A DNA stretch of 64,000 bases from the NCBI GenBank assembly GCA_964016885.1, contig OZ024741.1, forward strand, positions 214,706,001-214,770,000, written 5' to 3'. This DNA comes from Eledone cirrhosa. Lineage: Eukaryota. The notes below the pieces were generated by a model. The model had not been told where the DNA came from and did not search any database. It saw only the letters and a list, made by a program, of their open reading frames with translations. Both the position numbers and the translations under genes were made by a program. This document shows positions 44,046 to 59,260 of this stretch, piece by piece. Position 1 is the stretch's first letter, and each line of letters starts with the position of its first letter.

Positions 44046-47040
44046 TTTTCTCTTTCTCTTAATTTCGAGTATATTTTTTTGACCGGCCACCTTCCTGGTG
44101 GCAAGGTTGTAAAAGAAAAGAAATTGTCATCCCTTGAATCGCAAGAATGTTTTGCATATTTTGACGGTGCCAGCTATCGCAGCCATTTGTAGACTATGAA
44201 TTAGGGAGCTGCGCTTTTTGTCCGCAAATCCAAGTTCGGTCATACTTTGGTCCAAGCGGGTTGGTATATAACCCGTAGCACCAATAATGATGGGTATGAA
44301 GCTAAAGGTGTATCTTGGATACTGGATTTGTAAGCTCCTCATCAATGGTCCGTAGATGTCCTCCTTCTCCTGTATTTTTCTGACAACGTTTACATCAAGT
44401 GGGCAGCTGATCTCCACAACAGAACACGTTTTCAATGTGTGGTCCCAAACTACAATATCAGGCCGGTTGTGCTTTAATTTGGTGGCAGTTTTTATTTTCA
44501 GGTTCCACCAGTATTCCTTAGTGCCATCTGTCTCAATATATTCTTCCTCGTTTGTTGTTAATTTTGTTTTCCGAAGTGCGTTCCAGATAGTTCTAGCTAT
44601 CCCATCGTGTCTCATGGGGAGGTAGTAGCGAGATGACATTCTTTCGCAGCTGGCAACAATGTGGCTTACATCCTCGATCTTTGTTTTACATAGCCTACAT
44701 TTATTGTCAGCTGCTGGCCCTCCTCTTTTGTGCAGCAGATATTTGGTAGGGAGTTCTTGTTCCTGTATTGCATAGAGATATCCCTCAAGGTGTGATGTCA
44801 TAAACTTGTCGGAACTCCATGCCAGGCTTTTTGAGTGGTTTATCCCCTCTATGGTCTGTGTTTTACGCCTCAAGTATCCATGCACAACTTTCTCTGTAAA
44901 TTGGTCAATTTTTTTTTCTTGTTTGAACATTGAATAGGATCTTCCGATTTCTCTGGGTGAGAGATTTATATCAGGCTTTATTCCATATCTCTCCTCCAGA
45001 TCAGTCGCTATTCTAATGATATTTCTTTTTTCATGCTCATAAACCTGAGCAAGATGGTCGCCAACCTTTTTCCTCTGTTGAAGGTGTTGCTTCAGTGTTA
45101 CTATCCGGGTCTCATATGTTGTTAATATTGATTTTAGACCCCGGCCACCTTCCTTGCGTGAGAAGTATAGCCTATCCACATCACCATTGATGTTAAGTTC
45201 CCAGTAACACTGAGAAGTTTTCGAGTTCTAACATCCATCTCACTTAGTTCTTGCAATGACCAGTTCAGTAGGCCAAATGTTGGCGTTAGAATTAGCACAG
45301 CATAGGTATTGTGGGCAATGTATTTGTTGTATGCTGACAGTTCTGATGACCATATTTTTTTTACTCTTCTGAGGTATTCAGTTCTGGTTCTCTCCTTATT
45401 TATGGGTCCATCATATCTGACATTCTCATCCTGTCCAAGATATCTGTAGTTGTCACCTGACTGCAGAGGTTGTATTGTCAGGCCGTTCATATCTAGATTT
45501 CTAGAGGAGGGCACAGCTCTTCCACGTTTTACTGCCAAATATGCACACTTGGACTCACCAAATTTCATTTTGATGTCGGTTGAAAATTGTGTAATGAGGT
45601 CCAATTGTTTCTTGATGTCATTGATATTTGGCCCATACAACTTCAGGTCATCAACAAAGAAAAGATGGGAGATACTTCTGGGCCCACTTCTTTGTCCACC
45701 TTGTTTCCTGAGTAGGTAAGATAGTGGATTCAGTGAGAGAACGAAGAGTAGTACTGACAAGCTATCACCCTGAAAGATGCCCTTCTGGTAATGTATCCTA
45801 TCAGTCTTAACCTGCTCCTTCTCACCTCTAAGGATCAAATTGGTGTACCAGTTCTTGGTCAGGCGTTCAACAGCAGCTACTAATGGTTGTGGGACTTTAG
45901 CTAACTGTAAAGCCTTAATAATCCACCCATGAGGTACACTATCAAATGCTTTTTGATAGTCCAGCCACACGACAGTCATGTTTCTGCGATTCTTTGTTGT
46001 TTTTTCCTGAATCATTTTGTTAGTTAGTAGGTGATCTATGCAACCCCACACCTCCCTCTTTCCACCAGCTTGCTCAGGTGTTATGATGTTGTTGGTAGCA
46101 CAGTGATCCTGTAAGAACAGGTTAAGGCACCCAGTATATAATTTATACATGATGTTTTGGCAGGCAATTGGGCGGTAATTTTTAGCAAGGGTGGTTTGGC
46201 TATTTTTGGGAATGAGGAGAGTAGTGGCAGTTGATAACCATCTGGGCAGTTCTCGTGTGCCCTTAATGGTTTCTGTAAACAGCCGTATGAGATCTTGCCG
46301 ATAGAAAGTGAAATTCTTCAACCAGTATCCTGTAATGAGGTCTGGGCCTGGCGATTTCCTATTCGACATTTTCTGTAGAGCTGTTTCCAGTATTGACCCA
46401 TCTATGTCATATTGTTTTGTCTGGACATGTTGGCAGTAGTCCTGTTCCAGTTGTTTTAGCCAATTAGCTTGTCTGTTGAATCCGTCATCCGTTTCCCATA
46501 CAGATCTCCAGTAGTTCTCAACCTGTTCTTTTGAAGGGGTGTCGTTTACAGGGATTGAGCTTTTGCCACCGAAGCTGCGATAAACTGATTTAGGATCTCT
46601 GGCAAACAATCTATTTAGCACTTGTCGTTTATGGGCTGTTGACTTATATTTTAGTCTTTCTGTTGTAGCTGTGAGTTGTTGTTTCAACTGGTGTAATTTG
46701 GAGTTCAAAGTTTTAAATTTGGTGTCTCCAAATCGTCTCTCTAACTTTTTCTTTAGGTCTTCCTGGTGTCGTGTGAAAGTTTCTCTCTATGTTGCATTTC
46801 ATAACGACTGCGATGTGTGAGATACTTCGTCTCAGGGACAAAATTTTGGTTTTTAAATTTCGCATCCACGCTGGTTCAGGCTTTCTGTTTGTATCTTGAT
46901 TGCGTGGTTTTAGATGTGTGTTATATGATAGCAATGTGACAGCTGAAACATATAACAAAACATTGAGCGTTTCAAATGTCGTTTCTACACCTTTAGATCG
47001 TATAGCCTTCAGATAATTGCCAGCTATTTCGTTCACCGCT
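44046..47040 (-). mobile_element. R4/Dong-clade non-LTR retrotransposon (RT, CCHC, restriction-like endonuclease), 5'-truncated, two frameshifts
   Basis: KSPGPD, NYRPIAC, WLDYQKAFDSVPH, GIFQGDSLS, HLFFVDDLKLY, CRLC..EDVSHIVASC, RHD, RPDIVV..VVEISCP..K..Y; ORFs 46713-47036, 45134-46708, 44127-45179. Confidence 0.93.
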
Positions 47041-47088
47041 TATGTATGTATGTATGTATGTATGTATGTATGTATGTATGTATGTATG

Positions 47089-47680
47089 TTTTCTCTTTCT
47101 CTTAATTTCGAGTATATTTTTTTGACCGGCCACCTTCCTGGTGGCAAGGTTGTAAAAGAAAAGAAATTGTCATCCCTTGAATCGCAAGAATGTTTTGCAT
47201 ATTTTGAAGGTGCCAGCTATCGCAGCCATTTGTAGACTATGAATTAGGGAGCTGCGCTTTTTGTCCGCAAATCCAAGTTCGGTCATACTTTGGTCCAAGC
47301 GGGTTGGTATATAACCCGTAGCACCAATAATGATGGGTATGAAGCTAAAGGTGTATCTTGGATACTGGATTTGTAAGCTCCTCATCAATGGTCCGTAGAT
47401 GTCCTCCTTCTCCTGTATTTTTCTGACAACGTTTACATCAAGTGGGCAGCTGATCTCCACAACAGAACACGTTTTCAATGTGTGGTCCCAAACTACAATA
47501 TCAGGCCGGTTGTGCTTTAATTTGGTGGCAGTTTTTATTTTCAGGTTCCACCAGTATTCCTTAGTGCCATCTGTCTCAATATATTCTTCCTCGTTTGTTG
47601 TTAATTTTGTTTTCCGAAGTGCGTTCCAGATAGTTCTAGCTATCCCATCGTGTCTCATGGGGAGGTAGTAGCGAGATGAC

Positions 47681-47682
<2 letters not shown>
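47089..47682 (-). mobile_element. Short 3' copy of the same R4/Dong element
   Basis: Nearly identical to 44046-44639; flanked by (TATG)n. Confidence 0.93.
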
Positions 47683-47711
<29 letters not shown>

Positions 47712-47775
47712 TGTATGTATGTATGTATGTATGTATGTATGTATGTATGTATGTATGTATGTATGTATGTATGTA

Positions 47776-48372
47776 TTGGTACTACTGATAATATGTATCC
47801 CAGTACAACCTGTCTCATGGTCGGGTCGTTGGCGACTAAACTGGCAACCCCACCAAGGTTTCTTGGTGAGGAGGGTGACTTTGGACATCCTGCAGGACTA
47901 AAAACAAAACCTGTCAAAGGGCAAAGGAACTCTTAAGAGTCAATGGCCATCCAAAATCACCGGGAGAGATGACCTCTTAGCCTTTGTCAAGGCAGAATTC
48001 TAGGAGAAGGAAAACTCTGATATAACACCTGCAACCCTGATGGTATCCAATGATGTTGACTTGTTCTTCTTTTTGGTAAATATCATCTTGGTTAAGAGAG
48101 TGGGACGGGCTTTGTGCAGTGCCTTTGCTCACTATAAAAGCTTCACGGCACAGGCATTGCTTTATATCTGGAGATCTCTCTGCACTTGTTGTCACATGGT
48201 ACCATGGGCCCAGCACTATGTGTCAATAATTGTCACAAGTGTAGTGTTTGTACCAGTGTTTTCAAGTCGCTGGCTGGACTAAAAATTCACACTCGTTCAG
48301 CGCTTCGGTAGGGGTTCTCCTACATGGATATAAAGTAGTGGTCGTACTTGAAAACGAGTTGACAACCACCAT
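47776..48372 (+). mobile_element. About 600-bp non-coding element, probably RTE-derived, in (TATG)n
   Basis: Second copy at 51321-51927; CTAGGAGAAGGAAAACTCTGA motif recalls RTE-type 5' UTRs; shared 3' end, different 5' ends. Confidence 0.55.
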
Positions 48373-48389
48373 ATATGTATGTATGTATG

Positions 48390-51125
48390 TTCTTCTGGTT
48401 TTATAATTTCCCAAAGTTTTAGCAATAGAGAGAGAGTCGGTTTCTACCATAGACACAAGACTCTCTCATTGGAATTTACACAGCATCAACTAGGTAGATA
48501 TGTATGTTATTGTATGTATGGATGTGTATGTTTTGAGTTGTATGTGTGCATGTGTATATGCTTTGCATCTGTACATGCGTATATGCAGTTATTAGATGCA
48601 AAATTTTTGGAATGTTTTACATGTATGTATGTATGTATGTATCTACGTAAGTATGGATGTATGAACGTATGTATGTATGAACATATGTATGTACGTATGA
48701 ACGTATGTATGTATCAACGTATGTATGTATGTATTTATGAACGTATGTATGTATGAACGTATGTATGTATGTATGCATGTATGTATGAACGTATGTATGT
48801 ATGAATGTATGTATATGTACGTATAAACGCATGTATGTATGAACGTATGTATGTATGTTCTTCTAGTTTTATAATTTCACAAATGTTTACCAATAGAAAG
48901 AGAGAGAGAGTCGGTTTCTAACATAGACACAATACTCTATCATTGGAATTTACACATTAACTAGGTAGATATGTATGCATGCATGTGTAGATATGGTTGT
49001 TATTGTATGTGTAGATGTGGATGTTTTGAGTTGTATGTGTGCATGTGTATATGCTTTGTATCTGTACATGTGTATAAGCAGTTATTAGATGCAAAATGTA
49101 TGTATGCATATATGTATGCATTTATGTATGTAGTGTATGTATGTATATATGTATGTATGTATGAATGAACGTATGTATGTATGTTCGTATGTATGTTTGA
49201 ACGTATGTATGAAGGTATGTATGTATGTATGTATAAATGTATGTATGTTCTTCTGGTTTTATAATTTCACAAATTATTTCCCAATAGAGAGAGAGTCGGT
49301 TTCTAACGTAGACACAAGACTCTCTCATTGGAATTTACACATCAACTAGGTAGATTATGTAGGCATGCATACATGCATGCACGAGGAGTTCCTTCCCAAC
49401 TCTCATGACCTTATCTGTTTCATGCAGATAGACTTGCTCGAGAAACGGGCTCCTACGCTTCGAGGTTCGTAGATGTTGTCGGAGGGATATGATGCGACAT
49501 TCAAATGTTGTCTGGACTGATGTTAGGCCTCTACCTCCCTGCTTACGTTTCAAGTAAAGGGGGTCTATGTCACTGCTGATGTGGAAGTTTCCGGTGTTGT
49601 TTAGTATTTTTCGAGTTCCAACATCAACTACTCGGATTTCATCTATCTTCCAATTGAATATTCCAAACGTTGGTGTTAGGACAGGCACAGCAAACACATT
49701 GTGAGACACTGTTTTGTTTTGCGCAGAGAGTTCCGATGACAAAATCTTTCTTAATCGGGTGTAGTATTCCCTGGTTACGCGTTCCTGATTACAGATACCA
49801 TTATAGGATATGTTCCCTTCTATATACGTATGAACGTGTGAATGTATGTATTTATGTTCTTCTGGTTTTATAATTTCCCAAAGTTTTACCAATAGAGAGA
49901 GAGTCGGTTTGTAACATAGACACAAGACTAACTCATTGAAATTTACACAACATCAACTAGGTAGATTTGTATGTATGCATGCATGTGTAGATATGGATGT
50001 TATTGTATGTGTGGATGTGGATGTTTTGAGTTGTATGTGTGCATGTGTATATGCTTTGCATCTGTATATGTGTATATGCAGTTATTAGATGCAAAATCTT
50101 TGGAATATTTTACAAATTTTTACTGTTCCATTAATGGATTGTACTTGTAATTTCCTAACTAGTTGTGTTCTTTCTGTTCCTGTGAAGCCTAGCTTCTCAA
50201 GATTTGTATTGGGGCAGTTACTAACATATCCCAGTGCACCAATAATCATAGGTATAAATTTGAAGGTGTAATCAGGGTGGAGTATCTGCAGATTTCTCAT
50301 CAGTTCTGCATAAATATTCTCCTTTTCACTAATCATTGATATTATATTGGCATCTGCTGGGCAGCTAATTTCCACTACTGGGCATGCTTTCTTCTCCCTG
50401 TCCCATATCATAATATCTGGTCTGTTATGCCTGAATTTTATTGGGGTTTTTACTGGATCATTCCACCCGTACTCTTTCATATTATCTACATGGATGTCTT
50501 CCACATTGCTGTAGCTTTTAATGTGTTTATTATCGGGGCTATCTTTTTTATGAACTGCATTGTACAGTGTTTTGGCCACTACATCATGCCTCATAGGTAG
50601 ATAGTACCGCGATGACATCTTTGGACAGCTGCTCGATGTTAATTCTGCAGAGTGTGCACTTATTATCACATCTAGGTGTTTTGCCTGCATCCCTATCTCT
50701 TTTGTGAATCAGGTATTTCGTGCTAAACTCCTGTTCCTGAATTGCAAAAGCGTATCCTTCAAAGTGGGATCCAATATAGCGGTTGTTGGTCCAAGATAGA
50801 CTACTTTCCTTATCTATATTACTCTCACTCTGGAGCTTCCTGGAAACATATCCATGCATGATTTTTTGTTGATAGGCATGCAGTTTTTCATCCATAGATT
50901 CACTGCGATACTGCTGAGCGACATCCCTGGGTGTGAGTTTTTGATTATCACACAGGGAATATCTCTCGCGGAGTTCCTCCCCAACTCTCATGATCATATC
51001 TGTTTCATGCAGATAGACTTCTCGAGAAACGGGCTCCTACGCTTCAAGGTTCGTAGATGTTGTCGGAGAGATATGAATTGACATTCAAATGTTGTCTGGA
51101 CTGATGTTAGGCCTCTGCCTCCAAG
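48390..51125 (-). mobile_element. Four head-to-tail copies of a second R4/Dong family
   Basis: 3' ends at 48390, 48858, 49248 and 49857; coding remnants 49380-49822 and 50085-51125 (FAIQEQ, RHD, RHNRPDIMIWD..VVEISCP). Confidence 0.88.
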
Positions 51126-51320
51126 GTATGTATGTATGCACGTATGTATGAACGTATGTATGTATTCTGTATGTACGTCTATATGTACTTAGGTATGTAT
51201 GTTTGTATGTGTGTATGAACGTATGTACATATGTATGTATGTATGAACGTAGGTATGTATGTATGTTCGTATGATCGTATGTCTGTAGGTATGTTCGTAT
51301 GTATGTATGTATGAATATGT

Positions 51321-51927
51321 CAGGTCACCAGTTGGTGCTACTGGTAACATGTATCCCAGTACAACCTGTCTCATGGTCGGGTCGTTGGCGACTAAACTGG
51401 CAACCCCACCAAGGTTTCTTGGTGGGGAGGGTGACTTTGGACATCCTGCAGGACTAAAAACAAAACCTGTCAAAGGGCAAAGGAGCTCTTAAGAGTCAAT
51501 GGCCATCCAAAATCACCGGGAGAGATGACCCCTTAGCCTTTGTCAAGGCAGAATTCTAGGAGAAGGAAAACTCTGATATAACACATGCAACTCTGATGGT
51601 ATCCAATGATGTTGTCATGTTCTTCTTTTTGGTAAATATCATCTTGGTTAAGAGAGTGGGACGGGCTTTGTGCAGTGCCTTTGCTCACTATAAAAGCTTC
51701 ACGGTACAGGCATTGCTTTATATCTGGAGATCTCTCTGCACTTGGCCTCACATGGTACCATGGGCCCAGCACTATGTGTCAATAATTGTCACAAGTGTAG
51801 TGTTTGTACCAGAGTTTTCAAGTTGCTGGCTGGGCTAAAAAGTCACTCGTTCAGCGCATCAGTAGGGGTTCTCCTACATGGATATAAAGTAGTGGCCGTA
51901 CTCGAAAACGAATTGGCAGCCACCATG
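51321..51927 (+). mobile_element. Second copy of the 600-bp element
   Basis: Colinear with 47776-48372. Confidence 0.6.
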
Positions 51928-51999
51928 TATGAATATAAGTAATTATGTATGTATGTATGTGTGCATTTATGTATGTATGTATGTAGGTAAGAATATATA

Positions 52000-53045
52000 T
52001 ATATATATGCAATATATGTGCATGTGTTTATATATATATATATATGTATCAATATATAAGTGTATATATATATATATGTATAAAGGTATATAGATATATA
52101 TGTATATATATCTGTATAAATGCAATATATGTGAGTGTGAATGGATTAATGTGTATATATGTATAGATGTATACATGTATGTATATATGTATATATGCAA
52201 TATATGAGTGTGAATGGATGTATGTGTATATATGTATACATGTATATAGGTATGTATATATGCAATATATGTGAGTGTGAATGGATGTATATATGTATAA
52301 ATGTATATATGTATATATATATGTATGTATATATGCAATATATGTGCGTGTGAATGGATGTTTGTCTATATATGTATACATGTATATAGGTATGTATATA
52401 TGCAATATATGTGAGTGTGAATGGATGTATGCGTATATATGTATAAATGTATATATGTATATATATATGTATGTATATATGCAATATATGTGCGTGTGAA
52501 TGGATGTGTGTCTATATATGTATACATGTATATAGGTATGTATATATGCAATATATGTGAGTGTGAATGGATGTATGTGTATATATGTATACATGTATAT
52601 ATGTATATATATATATATATGTATATAGGCAATATATGTGCGTGTGAATGGATGCATGTGTATATATGTATACATGTATATATGTATGTATATATGCAAT
52701 ATATGTGAGTGTGAATGGATGTATGTGTATATATGTATAAATGTATATATGTATGTATATATGCAATATATGTGCGTGTGAATGGATGTTTGTGTATATA
52801 TGTATACATGTATATATGTATGTATATATGCAATATATGTGAGTGTGAATGGATGTATGTGTATATATGTACACATGTATATATGTATGTATATATGTAT
52901 GTATATATTCAATATATGTGCGTGTGAATGGATGTATGTGTATATATGTATAAATGTATATATGTATATATATATCTATGTATATATTCAATATATGTGC
53001 GTGTGAATGTATGTTTGTCTATATATGTATACATGTATATAGGTA
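52000..53045. repeat. Microsatellite-derived minisatellite
   Basis: Repeated GCAATATATGTG(A/C)GTGTGAATGGATG with TA/TG spacers. Confidence 0.9.
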
Positions 53046-53169
53046 TGTAAGATGTATATGTAGGTCAGTATATTCCCCATTACAGCAACTAGAGGTTATT
53101 TTTCATGGGTGGATCGTATTTTGTTGATCGTATATAGATATGTTCGATACTGACCTGGGGCTAAACAAC

Positions 53170-53215
53170 AACTACTACCACCTCCACTACTACTACTACT
53201 ACTACTATTGTGTTG

Positions 53216-53277
<62 letters not shown>

Positions 53278-53321
53278 ACTACTACTATTGCTACTACTAC
53301 TACTAATACTACTGCTGCTGT

Positions 53322-53380
<59 letters not shown>

Positions 53381-53880
53381 ATATTACTACTACTACTAAT
53401 ACTATACTGCTACTACTACTGCAAACAACACGACAAATAATTCACTCCAAAATTCTTTGTCTTTTTTTTCATTATAATCCTAAACACATCTTGTAATTGT
53501 ACAAAAAGGAATTGTTTGAGAGGAAAAAATACACAGAAACAATAAAATAGAAAATCTACAAGACAAAGAAACACATGAAGAAAACTACAGGAAAAACACA
53601 TTAAAAACACATGAAAAAACATGAAAAAAAACATGAAAATACATGAAAAAACATGAAAATACATAAAAAATACGTGAAAATCACAATAAAAAAACATGAA
53701 AAACTACATGAAAACCACATAAAAAAACAGGAAAAACTACATGAAAAACACATGAAAAACACATGAAAAACTACACGAGAAACATGAAAAAACATACGAA
53801 AAATGCATGAAAAAACATGAAAACACATGAAAAACACGAAAAACATGAAGAACGCATGAAAGAAAAAACATAAAATTATG
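53170..53880. repeat. (ACT)n/(GCT)n tract followed by AAAACATG-rich repeat
   Basis: Direct inspection. Confidence 0.9.
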
Positions 53881-54247
53881 ATTAAAAAGTAAAAAAGCGG
53901 TAAATAAACTTTTAAAACCATAATAAAATCTGGAGTAATATGAGGGCCTTGTGCATGTGTGTTTGATGTATGATCATCATAGCCTAATGGATTGCTGTGA
54001 AATGTTTTCAGACTAAAATTCTTACACGATAAATATCTGCAGTCTATGGATGGACTCTACATATCATTTTAAGTGCACTCGTCCAACTGGATGACGTCTT
54101 CTGTCAAATATGATTTCTCAAAGCTCATCTTAACATTCTTTTAGCAAACGTAGCAAAAAGAAAAAAAAAATAGTAGTAGGAAAAACGTCTATATACATAT
54201 GTATGAGTATGTGTATATATACATATATGTATATGTATATGCATATG

Positions 54248-54321
<74 letters not shown>

Positions 54322-54436
54322 TATATATATATGTATGTGTATATATATTTATATATGTATATGTATATATATATAAATATATATATATATATTATATATA
54401 TATATATGTATATATATATGTATATATAGATATATG

Positions 54437-54467
<31 letters not shown>

Positions 54468-54733
54468 GTATATATATATCTATATATATATGTATATATA
54501 TATGTATATGTATAATTATGTATATGTATATATATATATATATACATACATATATATATATGTATATATATATATACATACATATATACATGTATACATA
54601 TATATAATATATATATGTATGTATATATATGTATACATACATACATATATATATATGCATATACATATATATTTATACATATCATATCATATTTGTATTT
54701 TTATACATATACATAGATAATGTATATATACAC

Positions 54734-54801
<68 letters not shown>

Positions 54802-55096
54802 TACATATACACTATATACACTTGTATATATGAATGTATATATTATTCACACATATACGTTTGAGAGTATGTGCGAGTATGTGTGGCGTGTATATATATA
54901 TGTATGTATATATAACTTTTGAAAACGAGTTATACAAAATATTTTTTATATATCCTTTGCTGCCTTGGGCGTCATGTTGTTTTCTTTTTATTTCTTAATT
55001 CATAAAAACCAAACCAATGTTGATAATATGTTCACGGAGTTGTTGTTGTTGTTGTTGTTGTTGTTATTAGATTAATATAGACTTGCTGGAATTAAA

Positions 55097-56076
<980 letters not shown>

Positions 56077-56108
56077 GATATTTTATTGTGGAAACAGTAA
56101 ACAAAAAA

Positions 56109-56238
<130 letters not shown>

Positions 56239-56566
56239 TATGTGTGATTTGTATGCGCGTTTTTTTGTGTGTCTGCGGCTGAGTCTCTGTCTGTATCCAC
56301 ACACACACACACACACATGTATCAGGTTTATTATATTCATATACTCTGGTGCTAAAAGGTTACTCGACAATTATCAAAAACATTTGTTTATTTATAGCTA
56401 AATTCGAAATTACCTGCCCCTGAAGAATTCTGGTGTATTTTCTAAAAACCTCAGATGAACCCGTGGATGTAGCCATTTTATTTTCTATAACAGGCTGACT
56501 GAGTTGGGGTGTATAACCCAACGAAACCTAAGTACCTATATAAGTCATTGTTGTAACTAATCAAAA

Positions 56567-56820
56567 GTGACACAGAGGAGACTGAGGTTAGCTGGACATG
56601 CTCACCGACATCCAGAGTTGACATTGCACTCAGTGCTCCTGTGGGAGCCCCTATATGGACACACTGGAAGAGGAAGACCAAGGTTAACGTATGTTGATGC
56701 CCTAAGGACAGACACTGGTCTGTTGGAGACGCAGGACATGGCAGCGATAATGAGGGACAGAGACCGCTGGAGAGAACTCGTCCATGGATATCGGGAATTT
56801 TACCCGCCCTAGAATAGAAT
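56567..56820 (+). mobile_element. RTE-X-like LINE 3' remnant
   Basis: RRLRLAGH..RH....LLWEP..G..GRGRP..TYVD.L..D......M.DRDRW; (TAGAA) tail. Confidence 0.82.
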
Positions 56821-56829
56821 ATATATATA

Positions 56830-57296
56830 CATTGTTATACTTGGGGAGGGTCATATTGTTGTATTAATATTGCCAGAAATAATAACAGAACACACTCACT
56901 GTTTGTTTGGTTTTCGCTTCTGTATCTTTTATATCTCCACAGTTAATTCATTTGGTCCTGAATGTTTATCATTGACTGATCAACGGTGAAAAATACAGAT
57001 ATCAATATAGATATAAACACATATATATATAATCTAACAAAGTTCTTTCGTTGCACATCTGCAGCATCATCAGTGGTACTATTATGTTCCTCCTGTTGTA
57101 TTGTATGTTTACGACATTTTCTGAGGACCAAATGAATTATCTGTGGAGATATAAAAGATACAGAAGCGAAAACCAACCAAACAGTGAGTGTGTTCTGATA
57201 TTATTTCTGGCAATATTATTACTTTATGACCCTTCCCAAGTATAACAATACTTGTTTCGACCCACGATTTCATATTAAAAACCTCGCAAAAGAAAT
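56830..57296. mobile_element. Family O foldback element with hammerhead at 57036-57076 (-)
   Basis: 56830-56959 inverted at 57124-57250. Confidence 0.82.
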
Positions 57297-57350
57297 ATAT
57301 ATATATATATCCTCGTGTCCTACACAATTTTGTGTCTCATCAACGTCAGT

Positions 57351-58898
57351 ATGGATTTATACGAACTGGATTACTTCCTGAAGAACATTCCCACTCCCTC
57401 CAACCATGTTTACCAAAAGCTTCCCCTACAAAAAGCGGAAGATGTCATCAGACGCTTAAGATGTCGAGCCCTAGATTTTGACGGCAAAATTACAGGCACA
57501 AGTAACACCTTCAACCTGAAATAGAGAGCCTACCCTTCTAAGGCAACTGAACTTTTTCCTTTCGATGCGGACCCTCTTGACATAGTCGCTAACATTTCCT
57601 TTCGCAAACACCTTAACACCTTTCAAACTAAACTTAGGAATGATATAAAGAAATTTAGGTCTTCTAATAACACCTTCGTTCTTTCCGATAAAACTAATAA
57701 TATTTATGAAGTCGACAACACCACTTTCCGCCACTTGACCCATAACGTTATTACTTCCAAATATAAGAAAGGTAACTCTATGGCCTACCACGACATTAAT
57801 ACAGAGGCCAAAGAACTTGCCGCCGCCCTTAAGGTAGATAATAATCTACAATCTCTAGCTAAGCGGAAGGGGTTCGTCACCCTGAAAGATCACAAGGTAG
57901 ACTTTACTTCTAACCCCACATGTAGATAACTAAACCCGGCACGCACAGATATGGGACTAGTCAGTAAGGCCATACTTAGAAACATAGTTAAGACCATTAG
58001 GACCAAGTCCAACCTGTCCCAGTGGGAGAACAGCGACTCCGTAATAAAGTGGTTTAACTCCTTCAAAACCAAAAAAGCGATGTTCATACAGTTTTGACCT
58101 TTGTTGAATGTTACCCGTCGATCTCAGAGACCCTGTTAAACAAAGCATTGGACTTTGCTACCACTCACACTACCGTCGATAGTTTAAACAGGGAAATCAT
58201 CGCTCACTGCCGGAAAACCCTCCTCTTCAACAACGGAGTAGCCTGGGCAAAGAAGTCTACAACTTCAGACCTATTCGAAGTTGGATCGTTTGACAGTGGG
58301 ATCGTTTGACAGTGCTGACATATGCGACTTGGTTGGCCTATTTATTTTAGAGATATTACGTGTTATACGCGGTATACTCCCGGACTTCCACACGGGAGTA
58401 TACCGCGACGATGGACTGAACCTATCGAGCCATAAAAGTGGTCACGATCTCGACCGGTTTAAAAAAGACTTAGCTTCTACCTTCAATGAGTTAGGACTTA
58501 GGATAACAGTAGCTACCAACCTCTCTAGCGTAGATTTTTTAGACATTAATTTAGACCTTCGCACACACACCTACAGACTCTTCCATAAGCTTAACGAAAA
58601 ACTCAATTACATTCACAAGGACTCATGCCACCCCTCCCCCACTGTTTTTAGAAACTTGGTAAATAATGTCAGTGCTAGAATCTCAAACCTCTCTTCTAAT
58701 AAGGCTATCTTTGACAGAGCGGCGCCCTACTATAACACGGCATTAGCTAACAGCGGCTTCTCGCAACCTATCACTTACTTTCCCACTAACAACAACAGCA
58801 ATAAGAAAATAAAGTGTAACAATAGACAAACTATCTGGTTCTCTCCTCCCTTCTCACTCAACGTTAAAACCAATGTAGGCAAACGATTTCATCACTGA
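57351..58898 (+). pseudogene. PLE reverse transcriptase remnant (same type as 9273-11400), endonuclease absent
   Basis: LKNIPTPS, DKTNNIY, TLKDHK.DF..NPTCR, YPSISE.LL.KAL, GSFDSADICDLVGL, YRDDGL, DFLDI.LDL, IWFSPPFS; many frameshifts. Confidence 0.9.
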
Positions 58899-59222
58899 GT
58901 CCAAGGGGCAATCCGTCGTGTTGACTATGTATTGAAGAACGAATAAATATTCTAAAGAGGTTACGCAATAGCGATTTCCTAAACTCAAGTTATGAATTCT
59001 TCACACGTTTCCACACGTCTGGAAGCACCTCTTACATAACTACAAAGTTCCGGATTGAATTACAAAATCCTAATTTTCTTTTCAACTAGAAACTTTCGGC
59101 TTTTGCAGTTATCTCCCTTACACCTCTCGCACGCAATTTAGTATTGCCTGAGAGAATTGACCGTTTCTGCGCATGCGCGTTCGTGCGGTTTTACTTCCTG
59201 TTCCGTATAGCCATGTCCATTA

Positions 59223-59260
59223 CGAGCTGAGGATCCGCTAAGGTGAAACAATTGTTCTCG
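59223..59260 (+). ncRNA. Minimal hammerhead motif (family P)
   Basis: cgag CTGAGGA tcc gctaa ggt GAAAC aatt GTT ctcg. Confidence 0.78.

Noticed and set aside
48290-48372. Minus-strand HDV-like fold at the end of the 600-bp element
   Set aside because: Too little room for P3/L3 between the candidate P2 and P1' strands
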